A stretch of 64,000 nucleotides of DNA from NCBI GenBank assembly GCA_022791195.1, contig JAAVYP010000004.1:5087-69086 (forward strand), read 5' to 3'. The number at the start of each line of letters is the position of its first letter. Positions within the stretch are counted from its first letter, which is position 1. Position numbers and translations under genes: made by a program. The notes under the pieces were generated by a model that saw only the letters and a list, made by a program, of their open reading frames with translations, did not search any database and had not been told where the DNA came from. This document shows, in pieces, positions 42,544 through 51,449 of the stretch. The stretch is from Clostridiales bacterium (GTDB lineage Bacteria; Bacillota; Clostridia; Oscillospirales; CAG-272).

Positions 42544-44826
42544 ATGACGATGTTCATCAAGAACATTTATATCGGCACCTTTGGCCCGATACAAGACAAA
42601 AAATTTGACTTTCAAAATAAAATCAATTTGATTGAGGGAGACAACGAGTCGGGCAAAAGTACGATTTGCGCCTTTATTAAGTTTATGTTTTTCGGGCTGT
42701 CCGCGAAGAGTGTCAGCGGGCTGTCTGCCAAAGGCACCAGCGGGCTGTCCGACCGCAAAAAGTACATCCCGTTTGAATCAAACTGCGCCTTCGGCACCAT
42801 GACCCTGCACACGGGCAAGGACGGTGGAGAGGGCGAAGACTATCTGATTGAGCGGCGCATTACCCTCACAGGCAAAACCGCCGCCAAGGATGAATACCGC
42901 ATTCTGTCGCTCGCCACCGGCCAGCCAGCCTTTGTGGGCATCGAACCTTGCGACGCCTTTTTGTCCATGAGCGAGGGACTGTTTTTGCGCACGGTCTATG
43001 TATCGCAGAAAATGGGGGCGGCGGTGGACGGCAAAGAAATCACCGCCGCACTGGAAAATCTGCTTTTCTCGGCCGAGGAATCGGTCGACTCGGCCAAGGC
43101 GATAAAAGAATTAGACGCCGTTCGGGTCGAGCTGCTCTATAAAAACGGCAAGGGGGGCCGGCTCTATGAAGCGCAGGGCAAACGGGACGAGCTGCTCGCC
43201 AGGCTGGAACAAACCAAAAGAGCAAGGCAGGAGCTGGCGGCAGAAGAAGAGCAGCTGCGGCGGCTGCAAAAGAGCGAAAGCGAAAACCAGCGGCTGACCA
43301 CCGAAGCGCAGCAAAAAATCGAACAATACAACCAGGCCACCCTGCTCCAGTCTTTTGACAAGCTGCATCGGTTGGAGCAAAAGCAGGCGGCCCTGCAAGC
43401 CAAGCGGGCCAAGCTCACCCCGTCGGGCGGATTGCCCGAAACCGAAGAAATTCACATGGCCATTCGGCTCGCCTCTGAGCTAAGAGCGGCATGGCAGGAT
43501 TTGGACCGGCTGCAGGATGCCTGGCAAAAATGCCGGAAGGAAGAGGGCACCGAAGGTGCCTTAGCGGCTTTCCTGGGGCAAAAAAAGACCGCCGCCCGTG
43601 CGAAAGCAGCCGGTTTTGTGGTACTGCTTGTCGGTCTTGCCGCCTGTATCGGCGGCTTTGTGATGACGGCTGGCCTGCTGACGGAGGCTGTCCCGGCGGT
43701 TCTTCCCTACGCGCTGTGGGGCTGCGGCGGCGCGCTGTTCGTGGCCAGCATCCTTTTGTTTGCCATGGGGGCGAAAAAGAGCCGAACAATCAAGCAGTTT
43801 TTCGCCATGTCCGGTGCGGAGCAAATGGAGAAAATTCGGTTATTAGAAAAACAGGCACTGGCACAGGCACAGCGGCAGAACACAGCTGAAACCGAACAGC
43901 AAAACACAGCCAAAACCGACGCGGCGCTAAGTCAGTTGTTGGAAAAACGGGCGCAGGCAGAGGCGCTCGAAGACAGCGCGGCACAGCTTTGCCAAAAATA
44001 CAGGGCGGCCTTTTCTTCGCCCGATTCGTTAGACGATCTGGCCGTGCGGCTGACGGCCGTCAAGGAAAACTGTCTCTCGCTTGAGAGCGAATGGCAGCAA
44101 ATTGAAAAAGCGAAAGAGGAGCTGCGTGCGGCGCTGGCCGACGAAGAGGAAGAGACGCTGAAACAAAGCTTGCCGGCGCCGGCCGAAACCATTTTGCAGA
44201 CTTATAATATCAAGGATTTGAAAAACCGACTTGCCTTCGGCACCGAAGCACAGGAGAGCATCCGCGCCAAGCGGAGCGAACTGGAAACCGCGCTTGCGGC
44301 CAAGCGTGCGGCGCTGGCCGACGAAGGGGAGCTTGCTGCCGAAATTGAGGAACAGACCGCGTTAATCGACATGCTGACTCTGCGCTACAACGCCGTTAAG
44401 TTAGCCTTAGACCGCATTGAGGAAGCGTCCCTGCGCATCAAAAGCAATGTGTCGCCGGCGCTGGCCGGCCGGGCCAGCGAGCTGATGTGCGCGGCCACCA
44501 AGGATAAATACGCCAAGCTGTGGATCGCCGATGACGTCTCCATGACCTATCAGGAGCCGGGCGGCTTTATGCGCAGTGTGGATTATTTGAGCCAGGGCAC
44601 CAAGGACCTTGCCTACATCGCGCTTCGCATTGCGCTGTGCGAGACTCTTTGCCAGGACAAGCAAATGCCCATGATTTTTGACGAAGCCTTTGCCGCGCTG
44701 GACGATCATCGTCTTGCGCAAATGCTTGCGGTGATTGCCGCGCGAGAGGGGCAGACACTGATTTTTACCTCGCACACAAGGGACAAGGCATTTCTTGACG
44801 ATGCGCATGTGATTTCGCTGTCATAG
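42544..44826 (+). CDS. SbcC/Rad50-like (YhaN) coiled-coil ABC ATPase with two internal TM helices
   Basis: Walker A GDNESGKST, long coiled coils, signature LSQGT, Walker B IFDEAFAALD, FTSH. Confidence 0.88.
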   Translation: MTMFIKNIYIGTFGPIQDKKFDFQNKINLIEGDNESGKSTICAFIKFMFFGLSAKSVSGLSAKGTSGLSDRKKYIPFESNCAFGTMTLHTGKDGGEGEDYLIERRITLTGKTAAKDEYRILSLATGQPAFVGIEPCDAFLSMSEGLFLRTVYVSQKMGAAVDGKEITAALENLLFSAEESVDSAKAIKELDAVRVELLYKNGKGGRLYEAQGKRDELLARLEQTKRARQELAAEEEQLRRLQKSESENQRLTTEAQQKIEQYNQATLLQSFDKLHRLEQKQAALQAKRAKLTPSGGLPETEEIHMAIRLASELRAAWQDLDRLQDAWQKCRKEEGTEGALAAFLGQKKTAARAKAAGFVVLLVGLAACIGGFVMTAGLLTEAVPAVLPYALWGCGGALFVASILLFAMGAKKSRTIKQFFAMSGAEQMEKIRLLEKQALAQAQRQNTAETEQQNTAKTDAALSQLLEKRAQAEALEDSAAQLCQKYRAAFSSPDSLDDLAVRLTAVKENCLSLESEWQQIEKAKEELRAALADEEEETLKQSLPAPAETILQTYNIKDLKNRLAFGTEAQESIRAKRSELETALAAKRAALADEGELAAEIEEQTALIDMLTLRYNAVKLALDRIEEASLRIKSNVSPALAGRASELMCAATKDKYAKLWIADDVSMTYQEPGGFMRSVDYLSQGTKDLAYIALRIALCETLCQDKQMPMIFDEAFAALDDHRLAQMLAVIAAREGQTLIFTSHTRDKAFLDDAHVISLS

Positions 44827-44865
44827 AGAAAAGTTTTTTTCATGGTGCAGGACGGAGGAAGATAC

Positions 44866-44898
44866 ACCCCGCAGGATCGAAGGTTCTGCGGGGTTTTT
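44866..44898 (+). terminator. Intrinsic terminator after ATPase gene
   Basis: ACCCCGCAGGA..TTCTGCGGGGT followed by T-run. Confidence 0.8.
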
Positions 44899-45836
44899 GT
44901 AACCCCACGCCCCACGATCAACAAATAGCATTTATGAATAGATACTTCTTTTTTCTTTGCAGCAGAAACAGCGTAGTTGTTTCTGCGGGTACCAAACCCC
45001 TACAACCCAGCAAGAGAAGCTATTGTTTTAAATAATCAAAAACTCTTTTTTCTCCTATGCGAGGGTTTCACCCCCACACCCCCTGTCCACAAGTAATCAT
45101 ATGGTAACTTATATCAATAATTTCCTTTTTTCTTTGCAGGGGTACTAACCCCTGCACCCCGCAAACTTTTGCGCAAAAGTTTGACCAAAACCATGCCACG
45201 CGAATTGCCTGAAGAGCAATTCGCTCACGCACCAAACGAGCAAAAATTTGTTAGAAATTTAGCGAGTGGCTCGTACTAACATTGACAAGAATCCGAAGTT
45301 TGCTATTATGTTTGCGACAAGGGACTAAGGCAAAACGAACGAAAAGGTTTTCGTAGACCTTTCTGCGCTGTGCACAGCGCGGTTTATCTCATTCAATCGC
45401 CCTTGTCGTTAAGGGTGCAGTGCTGTTGGCTTTTTTGCTTGCTTTGTGGCGGGTTCTTCACTTTGCTTTAAACAAATTTCACTACACGTTGAGGCATTGA
45501 TAAATTGACTGTATAGTCAATTTATCTCGCCGAGTTTTGACGCACTTTTTTCTAAAAGTGCGCGGGGTTGCAGGGGTTGGTACCCCTGCAAAGAAAAAAA
45601 GGAAAATTTCTCTAAATTTATAACATAGAGCAGGTTAACTTGTCGTTTTATGGGGGTGTGGGGGTGAAACCCTCGCAAAAAGAAAAAAGTTTTTTGATTA
45701 TTTAAAACAATAGCTTTTCTTGCGGGGCGGAGCCCTGTGTAAAGAAAAAGAAACTTATACGTTGATTGTAATGAAACCATTCGACAGCTTCACTTGCGAA
45801 TTTTATGGGGGCAGCATGGGGTTTTGAAACCCGCGG
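44886..45836. repeat. Long nested imperfect inverted repeat (REPIN/MITE-like) centred near 45362
   Basis: Perfect 26-bp arm pairs 45017-45042/45691-45716 and 45058-45083/45652-45677; near-perfect pair 45126-45156/45569-45599. Confidence 0.85.
45314..45409 (+). ncRNA. Candidate structured small RNA, family unknown (3' end may extend further)
   Basis: TTGACA-16-(TG)TATTAT at 45282-45309; closing stem GCGACAAGGG/CCCTTGTCGT starts at the predicted +1 and encloses two hairpins; no ORF. Confidence 0.5.
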
Positions 45837-45856
45837 AAAACAGCAAAGCCGTTGTT

Positions 45857-45937
45857 CGCCGCAGAAATAGCTTCGCTATGTTCGCCGCAGAAATAGCTTC
45901 GCTATGTCCGCCGCAGAAACAGCGAAGCTGTTTCTGC
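45857..45937. repeat. Tandem 26-bp hairpin repeat, about 3 copies
   Basis: CGCCGCAGAAATAGCTTCGCTATGT twice, then GCAGAAACAGCGAAGCTGTTTCTGC; related hairpin at 44962-44986. Confidence 0.8.
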
Positions 45938-45939
45938 TG

Positions 45940-45970
45940 AAAAAAGGGACGCTTTTTAGCAAGCGTCCCA
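45940..45970 (-). terminator. Intrinsic terminator of the 46064 gene
   Basis: GGGACGCTT..AAGCGTCCC with A-run on the left. Confidence 0.75.
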
Positions 45971-46063
45971 TACCATTTATATTTGTTTAACGATCAAAAT
46001 CTGTCCGCTGCGGCGAAAGCCGCAAACGGTTTTATGAAAACGACCTTTCTTGAGCCCACGGTG

Positions 46064-46642
46064 TTATGCGCCCATACATGAGGCATTCTCTTCCAACGAG
46101 ATTTCGTGGCTTTGATCTGCCTCTTCTGTACATAAACCAGAAAGTTTTACGGCCTGATCAATTGCTTTTAAGGCTACACCGGCTACCTGATGATTAAAGC
46201 CGCCCTCTGCGTTGGTGATACAGCCGTTCGCTTCATCCGCAATGCTGTAAAGCATATCTAATACACCCTCTTTGGTCCACTTGCCAAGGGATGCATTCTG
46301 TTCACCAAACAACCCGCATTCAATCGCTAAATGCCGGCAAAAAATCATTTTCTGCCGGCTAAATTCCTTATGTCCCATGACAATGCCATATTTTCTCTGC
46401 ACAAACTCAAAGGGATATTCTTTATAATTGAGTACATTCAGAACAATCGCTTCGGCTAAAGCTTCTCTTTGCTGATCATCACATATCTCTTGTCCGATCC
46501 ACTCGGAGGCTTTTTTAATATAGCCTTTATAGGGCTCTTTTTCACGGCATTCCAGTATAGCCCCGCAAAATCGGCGTATCATTCTTGATTCTTCGTCTTG
46601 CATCCTGATTACTGATTCCTCTCTTTTATCAATTTGCTTCAC
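46064..46642 (-). CDS. Hypothetical phage-like protein (ArpU/RinA-like N-half, small-terminase-like C-half)
   Basis: Clean ORF with its own promoter and terminator; EFSRQKMIFCRHLA and TKEGVLDMLYSIA..ALKAIDQAVK segments; start GTG 46642 or ATG 46603; family assignment is by eye. Confidence 0.55.
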   Translation of the reverse strand: MKQIDKREESVIRMQDEESRMIRRFCGAILECREKEPYKGYIKKASEWIGQEICDDQQREALAEAIVLNVLNYKEYPFEFVQRKYGIVMGHKEFSRQKMIFCRHLAIECGLFGEQNASLGKWTKEGVLDMLYSIADEANGCITNAEGGFNHQVAGVALKAIDQAVKLSGLCTEEADQSHEISLEENASCMGA

Positions 46643-46657
46643 AGGAACGGGGCATCT

Positions 46658-46783
46658 TGTGAATTACGTTCACAGTATATCATTATATAACCAGAGTGTC
46701 AAGTCATTCTTGAAATACAAAAACAGGATTTTTCAAAAAATAGAGCAAAAACCCTTTACAATGTGAATATTATTCACTATAAT
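46658..46783. promoter_or_regulatory. Divergent promoters with two palindromic operators
   Basis: Minus TTGACA-17-TATACT (46702-46674); plus TTTACA-17-TATAAT (46755-46783); operators TGTGAATTACGTTCACA 46658 and TGTGAATATTATTCACT 46762. Confidence 0.8.
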
Positions 46784-46876
46784 AAGATGATACCGATCTA
46801 TGCGCTGTTTTCCACCGATTTGTGCCGCGGCGAGTCCCTTGGTACGGCTTTGCCGAACGAAAGAATGGAGATTTCT

Positions 46877-47233
46877 ATGACAGGTAAAATTATTAAAACG
46901 CTGCGAACCTCCGCCGGACTCACACAGCAAGAGCTGGCCGATGTGCTGGAGTTGGATCGCTCCAGCGTGGGCAAATACGAGGCCGGCACCCATCCTTCGC
47001 CTGAAGTCATACTTAAAATTTCGGCTTTTTTTCATGTGAGCGTCGATTATCTTTATGGCCTGCAGGGTAATACGACTCTGTTTGCCAAAGACGAAGCCGA
47101 GGCAAAGCTTCTGACCATGTTTCGGAAAACAGACGGCATTCCGCTTGAAAAGCGGACAGAAATCGCCGAGTACATTGGCGCCACGATTGATATGTACTTA
47201 AAGGCGCTGGGCAGCGTGCCGAGCGATGTGTAG
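46877..47233 (+). CDS. XRE-family HTH transcriptional repressor
   Basis: IKTLRTSAGLTQQELA..DRSSVGKYEAG..P, VSVDYLYG; RBS GGAG. Confidence 0.92.
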   Translation: MTGKIIKTLRTSAGLTQQELADVLELDRSSVGKYEAGTHPSPEVILKISAFFHVSVDYLYGLQGNTTLFAKDEAEAKLLTMFRKTDGIPLEKRTEIAEYIGATIDMYLKALGSVPSDV

Positions 47234-47325
47234 CGGGCGGCATATGCCTTTCGATATGCTTGAATTTTCGCATCAAGTATGATACAATCAGGTTAAGATC
47301 ATAGTTGACAAGGGAGCCTCACAAA

Positions 47326-48282
47326 ATGAAACAATGGATTTTGTTGTGCCTTGCCATTGCCTGCATGGTTTGTTTTTCGAGCTGCGGCTGTTCTAAACAG
47401 CCAACAACGCCGGCGGAAAGTACCCGTCCGGCAGCAAGCGGCGTACCCGATGACGGCGCCGATGAGAAACAAGACGGGCAGGAGCCGCCGCCCCTTGGCG
47501 CCGGGCCGGGCGTTTATGACCAGAACGGTCTGTATACCCATCCTGAAACGATCGACGGCGAACCGGTGACTGAGTATGGCCATTATCAAACCGATATCGG
47601 CGGCAGCAAAACGATCCCCGGGGATGCGATCCCCGGAAACACTGTTTCCGGCGATAACGGAACAGATGACAAGGGCGCCGGCGAAAATAATACCGGTGAA
47701 AACGGCGGGGGACAAGCAGAACCCATTGCCCCGGCAGAGGATCTTTACAAAGACGCCTGTGAGCGGACCTATCACAGTCTTGAAGGATTTACGGCCTTTA
47801 TTGATTTTGATTTTTATGCAGACGGACAGCACGATGCTTATCAATATACACTTACCTTTGATCCGGCGACGGGTAGGTATACCGCGACAGAAAAAACCTC
47901 CGGTCAGTCGAAAACCTATGCGCCCGGAGAACCGTCCGCGTCTGCGCACAGAACCGACCCTGCATTTGTGCGTTTTTGCCGGACATGCAGCTTTGTGCCG
48001 CCCCTTTTGCTGACCAGGTATAATTTCGATACAACGAAAGAGGGCACCGTCGTCAGCACCATAACAGCCGGAGAGGAGCACCGCCAAGCGCTGCTGGCTG
48101 CCTCGAATCTGTTTGAAGGGTTTGAAACATACGACGAGACCGCCCTTTCGCTTGGTTCTCTTTATTACACAGCATATATCGATGCCAACGGGAATTTGAC
48201 CGGCACAAACATGCAGTATACGCTGCATCTGAACGATTCAGAAATTGATATAACGGCGATGGTGAATATACGATATGAATAA
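47326..48282 (+). CDS. Hypothetical lipoprotein with low-complexity Pro/Gly/Asp linker
   Basis: Signal peptide with Cys (FSSCGC), beta-rich C-terminus. Confidence 0.75.
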   Translation: MKQWILLCLAIACMVCFSSCGCSKQPTTPAESTRPAASGVPDDGADEKQDGQEPPPLGAGPGVYDQNGLYTHPETIDGEPVTEYGHYQTDIGGSKTIPGDAIPGNTVSGDNGTDDKGAGENNTGENGGGQAEPIAPAEDLYKDACERTYHSLEGFTAFIDFDFYADGQHDAYQYTLTFDPATGRYTATEKTSGQSKTYAPGEPSASAHRTDPAFVRFCRTCSFVPPLLLTRYNFDTTKEGTVVSTITAGEEHRQALLAASNLFEGFETYDETALSLGSLYYTAYIDANGNLTGTNMQYTLHLNDSEIDITAMVNIRYE

Positions 48283-48898
48283 ACTTTGTTTTCTTTCCCT
48301 GGTGCTTTTGCTGTTAGTGCCCTGTCTTGTGGCATGCAAAAGCAGCCCGGCTTTTGAACCTGGAACAGAATCGGCGCTCACCCTGGACGCCTATAATGCG
48401 GCTGTCGAGGACAGCAAGGACGACAGTGCCGCGCTGCATGAAAAAACAACGATTGGCTGCCAGCTTTTTGGCCAAACCTTTCAGTATGTTTATGAAATCA
48501 CGCAGGAAGGCGAGGGCTATATCGCAAAAGATGCTGAAACCGGCGGAGTCTATTCGTCAGACGAATTTGAGAACGCCGATATGTTTTTCCTGCGCTTTGG
48601 CCGGCTGCCGCCGGTGGACAGCGAGCAGTTTCTCTCTTATGAGCTGCAGGAACAAAGCGTAACCGCGGCCCTGCCGTCCGAAGCGTTTCGCGAGCGCCTG
48701 CTGCAAGCAAGCTCTTTGTTTGCGGGCATCGGGGCGAATACTGATCAAATAACCCTTGGCGACTGTACATACCAGGCTGAATTAGATGCCGAAGGCCGCC
48801 TTGCCGCCTATACGTATACGGTAACTACGTCGTTAAACACGACAGGGGTCGGCTTTACTGCCGACGTAACCCTGCGCGTTGAAAGACATCTTTCGTAA
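48275..48898 (+). CDS. Hypothetical lipoprotein
   Basis: Lipobox LVAC; overlaps upstream stop. Confidence 0.8.
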   Translation: MNKLCFLSLVLLLLVPCLVACKSSPAFEPGTESALTLDAYNAAVEDSKDDSAALHEKTTIGCQLFGQTFQYVYEITQEGEGYIAKDAETGGVYSSDEFENADMFFLRFGRLPPVDSEQFLSYELQEQSVTAALPSEAFRERLLQASSLFAGIGANTDQITLGDCTYQAELDAEGRLAAYTYTVTTSLNTTGVGFTADVTLRVERHLS

Positions 48899-48973
48899 AC
48901 CGCCGGATCTTTTCCCCGCTCACGTTTGCTTGACTGCCCCGCGAATTGAATGAATCGATTTAGGAGATTTTTT

Positions 48974-49840
48974 ATGAAGCGTATCTGTGTTCTTCTGCTA
49001 ATCAGCGCCCTTTTTCTGTGCGCCTGTTCCGCGCCCACTTATGAGACTATCCTGCAAAAATGGGATAAGCAGGATCGTTTTTACCTGACCCTGACCCATA
49101 AAAAAGAGGTTGTCTTTGCCGACGAGGGACAAGAGCCAATGACAGCCGAGCTTTCGGCCAAGCTGCAAATGAAAAAAGACGATGGCCGGGCGCTTTATCA
49201 GTATATTGAAACCGACAGCGCGCCGGTGTATTTCGCTGATGGCTATGAATACCGCGAGCTGATGGACGTGAAATATCGAAATCCAATCAGCGAAGAGGAT
49301 TTTTTGCAGGATCTCTCGTTTGTAAAACCCCTGCCGGCCGAGCAGGCGCTGACCGAAAAAATCGAGGAGGCACAGCTTGCCGTCACGCTGGAAAACGACT
49401 GGGCGCTGGCTTTGATGAAGGACTGCAACCCTGATTTTGCCGACACCATCACAGACGGCAGCCTGCACTATACCGCCAAAATCGAAAAAAAGCGGATCAA
49501 ATCCTACACATATGAATTTACCCTGCATGGCCAAGATGAGGAAATGGGCGATTACACCATCACCGATATTTATACCGTCAGGGCCGAACCGACGGTGCCC
49601 TCCTTTTCGCTGCCAAACGATCTTTCCTCTTACGCAGAGATGAATTTGAAGGAATATGAAGATCAGTCGGAAGAAGAATGGCAGCGACAGATTTTGTTCG
49701 TTATGTTAGAGGCCCTCTACAATCCGGATGGTTCAAAGGCAGAGAATTTTGACCAGTATTATGAGGAATTTAAAGAAATGTATGGCGAAGAGTATATGAA
49801 GCTCGTCACCGAGGCGGCCGACATGTTTAGAGGACAATAA
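48974..49840 (+). CDS. Hypothetical lipoprotein
   Basis: Lipobox LCAC, RBS AGGAG. Confidence 0.8.
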   Translation: MKRICVLLLISALFLCACSAPTYETILQKWDKQDRFYLTLTHKKEVVFADEGQEPMTAELSAKLQMKKDDGRALYQYIETDSAPVYFADGYEYRELMDVKYRNPISEEDFLQDLSFVKPLPAEQALTEKIEEAQLAVTLENDWALALMKDCNPDFADTITDGSLHYTAKIEKKRIKSYTYEFTLHGQDEEMGDYTITDIYTVRAEPTVPSFSLPNDLSSYAEMNLKEYEDQSEEEWQRQILFVMLEALYNPDGSKAENFDQYYEEFKEMYGEEYMKLVTEAADMFRGQ

Positions 49841-49868
49841 ACGACAAATACGCGGTGCGCACGGAAAA

Positions 49869-49935
49869 CAGCCGCCGAGGTAACACACATCGGCCGCCGA
49901 GGAAATACATCGGCCGCCGAAGCAAAGCATCGGCT
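49869..49935. repeat. Short tandem repeat CATCGGCCGCCGA, about 19-20-bp period
   Basis: Three to four degenerate copies. Confidence 0.7.
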
Positions 49936-49955
49936 GAAGCGATATCCGACACATA

Positions 49956-49990
49956 GAAAAACCCGAGAGGCAGATGTCTCTCGGGTTTTT
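49956..49990. terminator. Bidirectional terminator between convergent genes
   Basis: AAAAACCCGAGAG..CTCTCGGGTTTTT. Confidence 0.85.
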
Positions 49991-50049
49991 GTGTCGGTTG
50001 TATGGGAGCGGCCGGTTTTGCTTGACTGCTCCCCTTTTTCTGCGGCCGG

Positions 50050-51423
50050 TTAGCGAAACGAATCGATAGGTGTTGCTTCGATATCAACATAGGGAAAGAC
50101 ATAGGCAAAGGCGGTTTCCTCGCTGCAGGAGTAAACCCGGCCGTCCTGAAAGGCAAGATGGTAAAGGCCGGTGTCAGTTGCCTTGTATATGGTCTTTAGC
50201 TGTGTAAAGGGTTCATTGATCTGTGTAAACAGCGCTGTATTGTCCACGAATCCCTTGGGGTAAAGCGCTACCCCGGTTTTAGCGGCTAAAAGCAGCATCA
50301 CCAAAGAAACTATGATCATCGAATGGGTAAGCCTGGTCAGGCGGCGCCGTTCTTCTTTGGAATCCATTAAGAAGCGGAGCTGCGTCCATTGTTTTCTTTT
50401 TTTCCGGCTCATGAAACGGGGATAAATGAAATTCGAGCCGCATAAAGCTAAGAGCAGCGCGCAAAGCAGAATGGTCAAAAACATCAGCGGGCTCCATAGG
50501 GAGGAGGCATACAGCGCGTTCCGGTAAATCGCCAGATAGGCCAGCAAAAAGAACAGAAAAGACCCCGCTAAGCAAACCGGCAAAAGAACCAGCATGCCGA
50601 GAAGCTGTGCGGCAATGCGCGGCAGGCCCGAAACAGCCCCCGCATGTAAATAGGTGTTGCACGCTTGGCTTGCCGCCTGATAGCTGGCCCCGGCGCTCAA
50701 CGTTTTCATAAAGCGAAACAGCCGCTGTTCATAAAAGCTTTTGTTGTCATATTTGGCGAAGCGCTTGACGGCCGCGTCGTAACGTCCGGCGGCAAAGTCG
50801 GCATACCATTTACTGCAAAAGCGGGCTACATACCACTCTCGATAAGCGGCTAACTGCCAGTCAAGCAGCAGAGCGGAACCCTGGGCGGTGTCCTCAAAAA
50901 TATCCATTTTAAAGAAGCGCTGCAGTTCCCGCCTTTTTTGATTTTTCGCCCGGTTGGTCAGCGCGGGGTCACAGGCAAGGCCGCTTATACGCTCCTTATA
51001 GCCCGCAAGAGCGTCAAAAAGCACCTGTACACAGGCGGACAGCCGCTGAGGACTTTCAATATAGGGAAAGATATAACAGTTAAAGTCGTTTTCGTTCAGC
51101 AGATAAAGCAAATCGTACAGCGAAAAATCAATCTTTTCGGCCGGGTCAACCGTGTCTCGGGCAGTGCCTGCGGCCGTCATGCCTGTCTCGCTGCCGATTG
51201 CAATGCGGCATTCCAACACACTGCGCGCCTTGCCTAAATAAGTATTATAAATCAAGGATGCTTGAAATCCGGTGAATGAAAAAACAGCGGCCGCGCCCTG
51301 CACGCCTTTTGTCTTTCGGCTTGCAACGGGCAGAAAAACATACCCGAGCGCCTCGGATTCTTTGGCAAACCGGGCGCATTCCAGCGCAAACCGGTCGATG
51401 ATCGCATTGTCTGTTTGCTCCAA
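50050..51423 (-). CDS. Hypothetical membrane protein (soluble N-domain, about 3 TM)
   Basis: 457-aa ORF, TTG start with AAAGGAGG RBS. Confidence 0.8.
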   Translation of the reverse strand: MEQTDNAIIDRFALECARFAKESEALGYVFLPVASRKTKGVQGAAAVFSFTGFQASLIYNTYLGKARSVLECRIAIGSETGMTAAGTARDTVDPAEKIDFSLYDLLYLLNENDFNCYIFPYIESPQRLSACVQVLFDALAGYKERISGLACDPALTNRAKNQKRRELQRFFKMDIFEDTAQGSALLLDWQLAAYREWYVARFCSKWYADFAAGRYDAAVKRFAKYDNKSFYEQRLFRFMKTLSAGASYQAASQACNTYLHAGAVSGLPRIAAQLLGMLVLLPVCLAGSFLFFLLAYLAIYRNALYASSLWSPLMFLTILLCALLLALCGSNFIYPRFMSRKKRKQWTQLRFLMDSKEERRRLTRLTHSMIIVSLVMLLLAAKTGVALYPKGFVDNTALFTQINEPFTQLKTIYKATDTGLYHLAFQDGRVYSCSEETAFAYVFPYVDIEATPIDSFR

Positions 51424-51449
51424 AGCACATCCCCTCCTTTATCGCAAAA

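Noticed and set aside
45517-45780. Small ORFs within the palindrome and arrays (also 59376-59645, 53843-54055, 20508-20872)
   Set aside because: No RBS or motifs; they overlap repeat or parS DNA
46064-49840. Complete prophage or ICE
   Set aside because: No integrase, att repeats, replication, structural or conjugation genes visible
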